Below are positions 27,008-35,437 of a stretch of 64,000 bases of DNA, piece by piece. The translations under genes and the position numbers were made by a program. The DNA comes from Acidobacteriota bacterium (GTDB lineage: Bacteria; Acidobacteriota; Vicinamibacteria; Vicinamibacterales; UBA2999), in the NCBI GenBank assembly GCA_046726375.1, contig JBKPAJ010000007.1, positions 6,488-70,487 of the forward strand, read 5' to 3'. Every line of letters starts with the position of its first letter. Position 1 is the first letter of the stretch. The notes under the pieces are model-generated. The model ran no database searches. It worked only from the letters and a program-made list of their open reading frames with translations, and was not told the origin of the DNA.

Positions 27008-27502
27008 ATGCCCAAGACCGCGGTATATGTTCCGTTCACTGAAGATGCGAAACTCCTAAGACAGGGGGCGGCCATCGCCTCCGAGCAGGCGCCGGGATCC
27101 GGATGCCTGTCGCCCGCCTCAGATCTGAAAGACGTTGCGAAGCTGATCATCGTCGCGCATTCGGCAGCGAAAACAGGTCTTCTCTTTGACTCGGGTACAG
27201 GATCGATGGACGCGCAAGCGTTGGCCAGGAAGCTCGTGAAGCAGGGGCTGGGTGCGGTCTGCACCAAAATCGAAGTTTTCGCCTGCGAAGCCGGACGCGC
27301 GGCGCACGACCAACGTTCATTTGACCAACAGCTCGCCCAATACCTTGCGCAAGAGGGACTCGCAGGAATCGAAGTGTCGGCGTTCGGAACCACTGTCGGA
27401 AGTGACCAGGCGGGCCGACAGTATGTCCGCCCTGACGGGTACACCCCGTCAGCTTCAGGGTCACATCGAAAGGCGACGATCGATCCGCGAAGGAAGTTTT
27501 AG
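27008..27502 (+). CDS. hypothetical protein with caspase-fold-like His/Cys dyad (peptidase C80/CPD-like?)
   Basis: Strong RBS AGGAGG 6 nt before the ATG. KLIIVAHSAAKTG ... (about 40 aa) ... KIEVFACEAGRAA ... SFDQQLAQYLAQEGLAGIEVSAFGTTV. Confidence 0.6.
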   Translation: MPKTAVYVPFTEDAKLLRQGAAIASEQAPGSGCLSPASDLKDVAKLIIVAHSAAKTGLLFDSGTGSMDAQALARKLVKQGLGAVCTKIEVFACEAGRAAHDQRSFDQQLAQYLAQEGLAGIEVSAFGTTVGSDQAGRQYVRPDGYTPSASGSHRKATIDPRRKF

Positions 27503-27534
27503 CAGTGATGTGAGCGACGCTGCTGTCGCCTCGG

Positions 27535-30192
27535 TCACTCGCAACGGAGCGCGGTCAACGGATCGATGCGCGTCGCGCGAAACGCCGGAACCATTGCGGC
27601 GACGACGGTCAGCACCAACAACACGCCCGCGGCGAAGAACAGCGTGTCCGGATCGTGAGGCGCGACGCCAAACAGGAGATTGCCGGCGAGGCGGCCCGCG
27701 CCGAGCGCGGTGAGCAGGCCCATGGCAGACCCGATGACAACCGAGATCAACGGCCGGCGGAGCATGTTCCACACCACGTCCGCCGGTCGGGCACCAAGAG
27801 CCAGGCGAACGGCGATTTCAGGCGTGCGTTCCGTCACCCAGAAGGCGACGAGGCCGTAGAGGCCCACGCACAGCAGCATCACAGCGACGAATGCGAACGC
27901 CGAGCTCAGCGCGACGAGCAACTCTTCCTGATCGACACTGGCGGAGACGAGCTTGTCGAGGGTGGCGACCTGCAGGGGAACGGAACCGTCGACGCCGCGA
28001 ATCGCGGCGGCGATCCTCGCGGACGCCGCCGATGATTGCCGACCGCGCGTTCGGGCCACGAAGGTCATGCTGCCGCGACGAGCGGTCGTGTAGGGTACGA
28101 ACATCGCGGCGACCGGTCGATCGCGTAGCGTGTTGTATCGCGCATCGTACACGACGCCGACGACGGTGAGCGGCTTCGATGCGGAAGAATCTCCAAACAG
28201 CGTCTGACCAACGGCAGATTGGCTTCCGAAGTAGCGGCGTGCCGCCGTCTCGTTCAGTGCGATGGAGGAACCACCCGACAAATCGTGCTCGGTAAAGTCG
28301 CGGCCTGCGACGAGCGGCATGCGCAGCGTCGAGAAGAACTGAGGGCCGACCTGATACACCTGCACCCAACGCTCGTCTTCGGTGCTCGGTGTAAATCCCG
28401 GCGCCGAAAGCGTTCCGGTCGTGCGCGCGTCGGTCATCAAGTTGAACTGCATCAGCGTCACGGCTTCAACTTCGGCCACTGCGCGCAGACGCTCGAGCAC
28501 GGCGCGATAGTACGCCGACCGTCTGACTTCGTCGTATCCGCGCGTCCCGGGATTGACGGTGGCGAGCACCACGCCCTCGGCGTCGAAGCCAGGTGAGACG
28601 GTAGTCAAGGCGATGAGGGTGCGCGTGAGCAGCGTCGCGGCGGCGACGAGCGCCATCGACAGTGCTACCTGCGCCGCAATGAAGCCGAGGCCGGCGCGGC
28701 CCGATCCGGCGCTGCTGGCGGCGACATACCCGCGGCAACGCACTGCGACGGCGGCGTCTTGCCGCAGCGTTCGCCAGGCAGGGACGACACCGGCGATCAG
28801 GGCGGCCACGGATGCCGCGGTCACCGCGAAAAGGACCACCCGAAGATCGATGTCGAGGTCGAGTGCGATTGGTCGGGGCTGGACCGGCAGCCAGGCGACG
28901 AGAATCTGGGCGCTCCAGGCGGCGAAAACCAGTGCAAGCGCGCCCGCGGCAGCTACGAGCACGCCGGTTTCGATCGCGAGCTGCCGCACGAGACGCGCGC
29001 GTGCGGCGCCCAGCGCCCCGCGCAGCAGCATCTCCTGCCTCCTCGCCGCCACGCGCGCCAGGGTCATTGTCGCGACGTTGGCGGAGGCGATGCAGAGCAG
29101 CAGGGCGACCATCACCAGCAACACCGCCAACGGGCGGGCGAAAGCGGCGCGAATGTCCGACAAACCGTCCGCTGGCGGGCGCAGTTCGATGGCCGGCGGC
29201 GGTTGGATTGAGCGAACGTCCCCCTCCGCGCGGCGAAGCAACGTGAGCCGTTCCGCCGCAACACGATCACTTGTGTCACCTGCTAAGCGGCCCACGATGT
29301 GGATGTTCCAGTTGCGCGGATCGGCCAAGGCCGCAACGCTCGGTTGGGCAACGGCAAAGGCATCCAGCGACAAATAGAGGTCGGGCACCTCGCCCAGGGT
29401 GAGGCCGAAGAAGCCTCTAGGTGCAACGCCCGCGATCGTGAACGGCGCACCGTTGATGGTGATGGGCTCGCCGGCAATCGAGGGATCCGCGTTGAATTCC
29501 CGTCGCCAGAAGGCGTCGCCGAGCAGGATAGCGGAGGCGTCGCGGAAACCGGCGTTCACGCCCAGGGCCGAAAAGTAGTTGTCCGAGACGAAGGCGAGGC
29601 CTCTCGAAGCCCTCAACTCACGTCCGTTGGCGCTCACCTCCGCGTCGCTCGCCGTTGCAAACGCCAGAACGTCCGAAAATACATCCGAGGACGCGCGCAG
29701 ATCTCGGAACCACTGGTAGGGAAGATTGTTGCTGGCCTTGAGTTCACGGCCGCCGGCATGAACCACTTGCCACACGACGCGGAGTTCGTCCGGACGCTCC
29801 ACCGGCAGCGGTTTCAGCAAGAGACGATCGGCCAACATGAAGATCGTAGTGGCGGCGCCGATGCCGATGGTGAGCGAGGCGACAGCGGTTGTTGCGAACG
29901 CGGGATTGCGCCGCAGTAATCGGACGGCGTACGCGAGATCGCGCGCCGCATCTTCAATCCAGCCGACATCGCGCCGGTCGCGACACTCTTCCTTGCGCTG
30001 CTCGACTCCGCCAAACGCACGTACCGCCGCATCGCGCGCAGCGTCCGGTGTCATGCCGCGCGCCTCGAACTCGCGCGCGCGTTCCTCGAGGTGAAACGAG
30101 ATCTCTGCGGCGAGATCGTCTTCGACGCGATCGCGGCGGAACACCGATCGTAGACGGAGGCGGACGACGCGATACCAACGGTCGAACGACAT
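27535..30192 (-). CDS. ADOP-family duplicated FtsX/MacB-type permease
   Basis: From ATG 30192: MSFDRWYRVVRLRLRSVFRRDRVEDDLAAEISFHLEERAREFEARGMTPDAARDAAVRAFGGVEQRKEECRD, then two MacB_PCD/FtsX halves. Confidence 0.85.
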   Translation of the reverse strand: MSFDRWYRVVRLRLRSVFRRDRVEDDLAAEISFHLEERAREFEARGMTPDAARDAAVRAFGGVEQRKEECRDRRDVGWIEDAARDLAYAVRLLRRNPAFATTAVASLTIGIGAATTIFMLADRLLLKPLPVERPDELRVVWQVVHAGGRELKASNNLPYQWFRDLRASSDVFSDVLAFATASDAEVSANGRELRASRGLAFVSDNYFSALGVNAGFRDASAILLGDAFWRREFNADPSIAGEPITINGAPFTIAGVAPRGFFGLTLGEVPDLYLSLDAFAVAQPSVAALADPRNWNIHIVGRLAGDTSDRVAAERLTLLRRAEGDVRSIQPPPAIELRPPADGLSDIRAAFARPLAVLLVMVALLLCIASANVATMTLARVAARRQEMLLRGALGAARARLVRQLAIETGVLVAAAGALALVFAAWSAQILVAWLPVQPRPIALDLDIDLRVVLFAVTAASVAALIAGVVPAWRTLRQDAAVAVRCRGYVAASSAGSGRAGLGFIAAQVALSMALVAAATLLTRTLIALTTVSPGFDAEGVVLATVNPGTRGYDEVRRSAYYRAVLERLRAVAEVEAVTLMQFNLMTDARTTGTLSAPGFTPSTEDERWVQVYQVGPQFFSTLRMPLVAGRDFTEHDLSGGSSIALNETAARRYFGSQSAVGQTLFGDSSASKPLTVVGVVYDARYNTLRDRPVAAMFVPYTTARRGSMTFVARTRGRQSSAASARIAAAIRGVDGSVPLQVATLDKLVSASVDQEELLVALSSAFAFVAVMLLCVGLYGLVAFWVTERTPEIAVRLALGARPADVVWNMLRRPLISVVIGSAMGLLTALGAGRLAGNLLFGVAPHDPDTLFFAAGVLLVLTVVAAMVPAFRATRIDPLTALRCE

Positions 30193-30193
30193 C

Positions 30194-32977
30194 TCAATCG
30201 TTCCGCAGAGCGATCGCCGGATCGATTTCGGTGGCAAGATGTGCGGGAATCAGTGCCGCAGCCGTAGTCACCGCCACGAGAATCGCCGTCGCGGCGGCAA
30301 GCGTTGGTCCATCAGATGGGCTGATGCCGTACAGCCGCGCCGCGATCGCGCGGCCGCCGACAAACGCCGTCAAGAGGCCGACCGTGGCGCCGACGCCGAC
30401 GGTTTGCAAGCTTTCGCGCAGGAACGATGCGAGCACGACTTTTCGACTCGCGCCAAGTGCGATGCGGATTCCGATCTCGTTCGTCCGCCGCGTGACGGCG
30501 TAGGCCGCCGTGCCGTAAAGACCGACACATGCCACCAGCAGCGCAATCACGCCAAACACGCTGCTCAAGATGGCAAACGTGCGCTCCGTCGCGAGCGTCT
30601 GGTCGATCGCCTGGGCCTGCGAGCGGACGCCGGTCATCGGCACGCGGCCGTCGATCTGCTGCAGCTCGCGCCTGATGAGCGGCACGATGGTCGAGGAATC
30701 GGCCGTCGTTCGAACGATGAACGTCACCGCATTCGACGGTCCAAATGCCTGCTCGTGCGGCATGTACACCGTTGGTGGAACATCGGCTTGAATGCGGCTG
30801 TACTTGACGTCGCCAACGACGCCGATGATTTCGAACGTGAGTGGTTGCGCGGGGCTACCAAAGTCGATGTAGTGACCGACAGGATTGTCCGTTCCGAAGA
30901 ATTTCCTGACGACCGTCTGGTTCACAACCAGCACGCGAGCGCTCGCGGCCGTGTCGCGTTGATCGATAGCGCGGCCGGCGACGAGCGAGATACCCAAAGT
31001 GGCAAAGTACGCCGTTCCGATTTCGTGACGATAAAATTCCACGCTCTCATCCGGCGGCGTGTAGCCGATGATGCGGCCAGTGGATCGACCCGCTCCGCCA
31101 CCAATCGGAGGCCGGTGAGCGAGCGTGACCGACACGACCCCAGGTAACGATCTCACATGCTGCTGCACCGCCGTGTAGTACGCAGAGAGACGCGACTGCG
31201 CGTAGCCGTTCGAGGCGGGCGAAACGGAGAACAGCACGAGATGGTTGCGATCAAAGCCCAACTCGGCGCCATAAAGGCGCTGCAGTGTGCGTACGAACAA
31301 ACCGGCGGCAATCAATAACACGAGACAGACCGCCACTTGCAGCGCCAAGAGGAGTCGGCCCGCCGCGAACGCGTTTCGATGTCCGCCTTCGCTCTGGGAT
31401 CGCTGCTTGAGGGCGCCGGCGAGATTCAGCGAGCTTGCGCGCCATGCCGGTGCAAGCCCGAACGTCATGCCGGCAGCGAAGGACGCCAATACCCCGAACG
31501 CGAAGACACGGACGTCTATGGCAAAAGCAAGGTGCGGCGCCAGACGTTCACTCACCAACAGCCGCATCAGCATCGGGTACGTCCAGCTTGCGACCAGAAA
31601 GGCCGCGATGCCGCCGAGCATTGCGAGCGCCACGCTCTCCGTGAGCAGCTGTCGGAGAAGCCGCGCGCGGCTCACGCCGAGGCTGAGACGAACGGCGATT
31701 TCCCGCTCACGGGCGCGGGCGCGTTCGAGCAGCAGACTGGCGAGGTTGGCGCAGGCGATGAGGAGCACCAGACCGACAATCGCCATCAGTAACAGTAGCG
31801 ACCGAGAGAACGATTGCTGCAGCGTTTCCACTCCGTGCGCCAGCGACATGGTTCCGAGACGTGGAACCACAGGCGCCGCGGGCTGTTCCGGCCGTCCGAT
31901 ACTGCGCTCGAAGATCACCGTGGTCGCCGCGAGAGCGGCTGCGGGCGCCGCGCCCGGCTTCAGACGCGCGCCAATTCGCAGCCACCAGGTCTTGTCATCG
32001 TCGACAAGCGGTAGCGATACCCCGCCGGAGCTCGGGGTCACGCGACTGACGTTGCGATTCGCCGGGTGTCGAGCGTACACGTTGAGGGGGACCCAGAAAT
32101 CCGGTGTCGCGCCGGGCTCCAGGCCAAAGAAGAACGGTGGCGCAACGCCGACGATGGTGACCGGGTCGCCGTTCACCAGGATGGCGCGACCGATCACGCC
32201 GGGATTGCCGCCAAGCTTCGATTGCCAGAACGCGTGCGACGTCACCGCAACCAGTGGTGCGTCGTGGCTATCGTCGGATGGAACGAGCGTGCGGCCGATC
32301 AGGGCGGCGACGCCGAGCGCGTCGAAATAGTTGCCGGATACGCCGAGGACGTCTGCTGAATCCGCGCCGTGATCGAGGCCGACGTTGACGCGGTCGATGT
32401 TGCCAGTGAAGGCGAACACGGACGCGAATGCTTCGTTTGCGTCGTTCAATTCGCGGAACGTGCGATAGGAAAAAACGTCCGTGCCTATTTCGTTGGCATA
32501 GCGCCCGCCGCGGATGCTCTCGACAAACGCCTCTGGATACGAGGCGGCCGTCCAGCGCAGGCCGACGAGCTCATTGGGACGTGGAACTGGCAGCGTGCGC
32601 AGCATGATGAAGTCGATTGCCGTAAAGACCGCGGTGTTTGCGCCGAGGCCCAGGGCGAGCGAAATCACGGCGACGGCCGTGAAGCCCGGGCTGCGTCGCA
32701 TCATCCGCGCCGCGTAGCGCGTGTCGCGTGCGAGATCTTCGAGCCAGCCGACACGGCGCTGGTCGCGGCACTCTTCCTTGCGCTGCTCGACGCCGCCGAA
32801 CGCGCGCCGCGCCGCATCGCGGGCGGCTTCCGGGTTCATGCCGCCTGCGACGAATTCACACGCGCGTTGCTCGAGATGGAACTGGATCTCCGCGGCAAGA
32901 TCGTCTTCCACCCGGTTGCGCCGGAGGATGGTGCGCAGGCGAAGACGCACGACGGTGAGCAGACGGCGGAGCGGCAT
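30194..32977 (-). CDS. ADOP-family duplicated FtsX/MacB-type permease (paralog)
   Basis: From ATG 32977: MPLRRLLTVVRLRLRTILRRNRVEDDLAAEIQFHLEQRACEFVAGGMNPEAARDAARRAFGGVEQRKEECRD. Its stop is 1 nt before the next start. Confidence 0.85.
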   Translation of the reverse strand: MPLRRLLTVVRLRLRTILRRNRVEDDLAAEIQFHLEQRACEFVAGGMNPEAARDAARRAFGGVEQRKEECRDQRRVGWLEDLARDTRYAARMMRRSPGFTAVAVISLALGLGANTAVFTAIDFIMLRTLPVPRPNELVGLRWTAASYPEAFVESIRGGRYANEIGTDVFSYRTFRELNDANEAFASVFAFTGNIDRVNVGLDHGADSADVLGVSGNYFDALGVAALIGRTLVPSDDSHDAPLVAVTSHAFWQSKLGGNPGVIGRAILVNGDPVTIVGVAPPFFFGLEPGATPDFWVPLNVYARHPANRNVSRVTPSSGGVSLPLVDDDKTWWLRIGARLKPGAAPAAALAATTVIFERSIGRPEQPAAPVVPRLGTMSLAHGVETLQQSFSRSLLLLMAIVGLVLLIACANLASLLLERARAREREIAVRLSLGVSRARLLRQLLTESVALAMLGGIAAFLVASWTYPMLMRLLVSERLAPHLAFAIDVRVFAFGVLASFAAGMTFGLAPAWRASSLNLAGALKQRSQSEGGHRNAFAAGRLLLALQVAVCLVLLIAAGLFVRTLQRLYGAELGFDRNHLVLFSVSPASNGYAQSRLSAYYTAVQQHVRSLPGVVSVTLAHRPPIGGGAGRSTGRIIGYTPPDESVEFYRHEIGTAYFATLGISLVAGRAIDQRDTAASARVLVVNQTVVRKFFGTDNPVGHYIDFGSPAQPLTFEIIGVVGDVKYSRIQADVPPTVYMPHEQAFGPSNAVTFIVRTTADSSTIVPLIRRELQQIDGRVPMTGVRSQAQAIDQTLATERTFAILSSVFGVIALLVACVGLYGTAAYAVTRRTNEIGIRIALGASRKVVLASFLRESLQTVGVGATVGLLTAFVGGRAIAARLYGISPSDGPTLAAATAILVAVTTAAALIPAHLATEIDPAIALRND

Positions 32978-32978
32978 C

Positions 32979-33314
32979 TCAGGCTTCCTTGAGCTTGATG
33001 AGCGTGGTAATGGCAGTCGAGAGACGTTCCCAATTGGCTGATTCGCGTTCCAACTGTCGCCGGCCGGCACGTGTCAGCGAATAAAACTTTGCGCGACGAT
33101 TGTTCTCGGTCTGCTTCCACTCGGCGGTTATCCAGCCCTCCTGCTCGAGCTTGTGGAGCGCGGGATAGAGCGAGCCATCGCTGACCTGCAACACTTCCGA
33201 CGACACCTGACGCAGGCGCTGGCTGATGGCGAAGCCATTGAGCGGCTCCAATGCCAGTATTTTCAGAATCAGCAGATCCAGCGTTCCTTGGACGAGGTCG
33301 GACGGTTTGCTCAT
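32979..33314 (-). CDS. PadR family transcriptional regulator
   Basis: 111 aa from ATG 33314: LVQGTLDLLILKILALEPLNGFAISQRLRQVS ... GSLYPALHKLEQEGWI ... RRAKFYSLT. Confidence 0.9.
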   Translation of the reverse strand: MSKPSDLVQGTLDLLILKILALEPLNGFAISQRLRQVSSEVLQVSDGSLYPALHKLEQEGWITAEWKQTENNRRAKFYSLTRAGRRQLERESANWERLSTAITTLIKLKEA

Positions 33315-33323
33315 GTCTCGGTT

Positions 33324-33355
33324 ACCGAGTGGAGAGTACGCCGATTCCACTCGGT
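33324..33355. promoter_or_regulatory. 10-bp perfect inverted repeat ACCGAGTGGA-N12-TCCACTCGGT directly upstream of padR
   Basis: Ends 9 nt from the padR ATG, inside the padR / M28 divergent spacer. Candidate PadR operator or leader hairpin. Confidence 0.45.
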
Positions 33356-33465
33356 TATCAAGGGGAATAATTGCGGGAGAGAAGGAGATCCGCGGATGCG
33401 GCGGATGCATGCTCCGCATAATTGCCTGCGCGTAAGTGCCTGCGAAGCCGTGTAAAATCCGCGCG

Positions 33466-34905
33466 ATGAAGCATCCGGCTCGTGCATTGGCGATCATCTT
33501 TCTCCTCGCGTCGCCAGCCGTCGCGCAGGAACGTGTGGACGAAGCGATGATCGCCAGGATTCGCGCCGAGGGACTCGATCGTTCATACGCGCTCGAGACC
33601 TTTACCCAGCTCACGACCGTCATCGGTCCCCGCCTCACCAATTCGCCGGCGCACCGCCGCGCGATCGAGTGGACGCAACAGCAGCTTCGCTCGTACGGTC
33701 TCGCCAACGTGCACCTGGAACCTTGGGAATTCGGTCGCGGATGGCAGCTGGAGCGGTTCTCGATCGAGATGCTGGAGCCGCGCTACCTGCCGTTGATCGG
33801 ATTTCCGCGCGCCTGGTCGCCGTCGACGCAAGGAAAGATCGTCGGCGCGCCTGTGTGGCAACCCGATCCGCGAGTGGAGACGCTGGCCAAGTCAGGCGCG
33901 CAGTTGCGCGGCGCGATCGTGATGACCAGTCAACCGCAGGAATACTTCATTCGCGCGGACCGTCCGCCGGCGTCGGGTGATCTGGTCAGCGATCGTCCAC
34001 CGGGACCGCGGCTCACGCGCGACGAGCAGACGGCGCTCGCTCAGGCGCTGAGAGAAACCGGGCTGGGCGTCACACTCGAACCGAACATCGGCGAGCACGG
34101 GACAATATTCGTCACCGGTCGCGATGCCGGTCCCAGCGCCGTGCCGGCCGTCGTCCTCGCCTCCGAGCACTACAACCTGATCGCGCGTTTGCTGCAAGCC
34201 GGCGTCCCGGTCCAGCTCGCCATTGACGTTCAGACACGTTTCTTCGATGACGATTTGAATACGGCGAATGTCATCGCGGAGATTCCGGGGACCGATCCGG
34301 TTCTCGGCAGCGAAGTGGTGATGGTTGGCGCGCATCTCGACTCGTGGCACTCGGCGGCGGGTGCGACAGACAATGCCGACGGCGTCACCACGGTAATGGA
34401 AGCGTTCCGCATCCTGCAGGCGGTTGGCGTCAAGCCGCGCCGGACCATCCGTCTCGCGCTCTGGGCCGGTGAGGAGCAAGGTCTGCTCGGCTCGCGCGCG
34501 TACGTCCAGAAGCACCTTGCCGGCGACGCCAATCAGACCGCGCGCGACAAGTTCTCCGTATACTTCAACCTCGATAACGGAACGGTGCCAATCTCCGGTT
34601 TCTATCTCGAAGGCAACGAGCCGATGGCTCGCATCATGGCGGCGTGGTTGAAGCCGTTGGCCGATCTCGGTGCCACGATCGCGACCACGAAAGGCATCGG
34701 CGCGACCGATCATCTGTCGTTCAAGGCTGTCGGCCTGCCGGGATTTCAAGCGGTGCAGGATTATCGCAATTACGATGTGCGGACGCACCACACAAACATG
34801 GATACTGACGAGCGTGTTGCAAAGGATGCGCTGAAACAAGCCGCCATAGTGATGGCGTCGGTCCTGTATCACGCGGCGAATCGGGACGCGAAGGTGCCCC
34901 GGTGA
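33466..34905 (+). CDS. M28 family metallopeptidase (aminopeptidase)
   Basis: Signal peptide MKHPARALAIIFLLASPAVAQ, then MVGAHLDSWHSAAGATDNADGV ... LWAGEEQGLLGSRAY ... THHTNMDT. Confidence 0.85.
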   Translation: MKHPARALAIIFLLASPAVAQERVDEAMIARIRAEGLDRSYALETFTQLTTVIGPRLTNSPAHRRAIEWTQQQLRSYGLANVHLEPWEFGRGWQLERFSIEMLEPRYLPLIGFPRAWSPSTQGKIVGAPVWQPDPRVETLAKSGAQLRGAIVMTSQPQEYFIRADRPPASGDLVSDRPPGPRLTRDEQTALAQALRETGLGVTLEPNIGEHGTIFVTGRDAGPSAVPAVVLASEHYNLIARLLQAGVPVQLAIDVQTRFFDDDLNTANVIAEIPGTDPVLGSEVVMVGAHLDSWHSAAGATDNADGVTTVMEAFRILQAVGVKPRRTIRLALWAGEEQGLLGSRAYVQKHLAGDANQTARDKFSVYFNLDNGTVPISGFYLEGNEPMARIMAAWLKPLADLGATIATTKGIGATDHLSFKAVGLPGFQAVQDYRNYDVRTHHTNMDTDERVAKDALKQAAIVMASVLYHAANRDAKVPR

Positions 34906-35366
34906 AAGTGGTCGTTACAAGTTCAAAGTTCAACAGTTGCGCGCTGCTCGCCTCCGTCTTGTTGCTCGCGTCGGTTTCGGCGCTCGCGCAAGGTGCGAAG
35001 ACATACAAGGCGCGGCTGTCCCTGGTGCCCATCGATGTCGCCATGCAATCGACGATTGCCGGGAAAGGCGCGGTGACCGCGACGCTCAACGGCAATACGC
35101 TGACGATCACCGGAACGTTCGAGGGACTGCGCTCGCCGGCGACAGTGGCACGGCTTCATCGCGGGTATCGCGGAGTGCGGGGGCCGTCGTTCGCCGATCT
35201 CAAGGTGACCAACGGGACCTCGGGTACCATCAGCGGAACCGTCGAGCTCACGTCGTCACAGGCAGGCGAGCTCGCGAAAAGCCTTTTCTACGTTCAACTG
35301 CACAGCGAGAAGGCGCCGGACGGAAATCTTTGGGGATGGCTTCTGCCGACCGACGGCAAGCGCTGA
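34902..35366 (+). CDS. CHRD domain-containing secreted protein
   Basis: GTGA overlap with the M28 stop. AGKGAVTATLNGNTLTITGTFEGLRSPATVARLHRG ... LFYVQLHSEKAPDGNLWGWL matches the CHRD pattern. Confidence 0.7.
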   Translation: MKVVVTSSKFNSCALLASVLLLASVSALAQGAKTYKARLSLVPIDVAMQSTIAGKGAVTATLNGNTLTITGTFEGLRSPATVARLHRGYRGVRGPSFADLKVTNGTSGTISGTVELTSSQAGELAKSLFYVQLHSEKAPDGNLWGWLLPTDGKR

Positions 35367-35437
35367 GCGGAACCAAGAGAAGTAAGAAGTAAAGAAGTAA
35401 AGACCCCTGACTGGCGACGGCGGCCGAGGAGCGAAGA

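Noticed and set aside
26947-27444. 165-aa minus-strand ORF overlapping 27008..27502
   Set aside because: The plus-strand ORF has a canonical AGGAGG-N6-ATG start and a structured-looking sequence. The minus-strand translation is Ser/Ala/Cys/Pro-rich without a start context.
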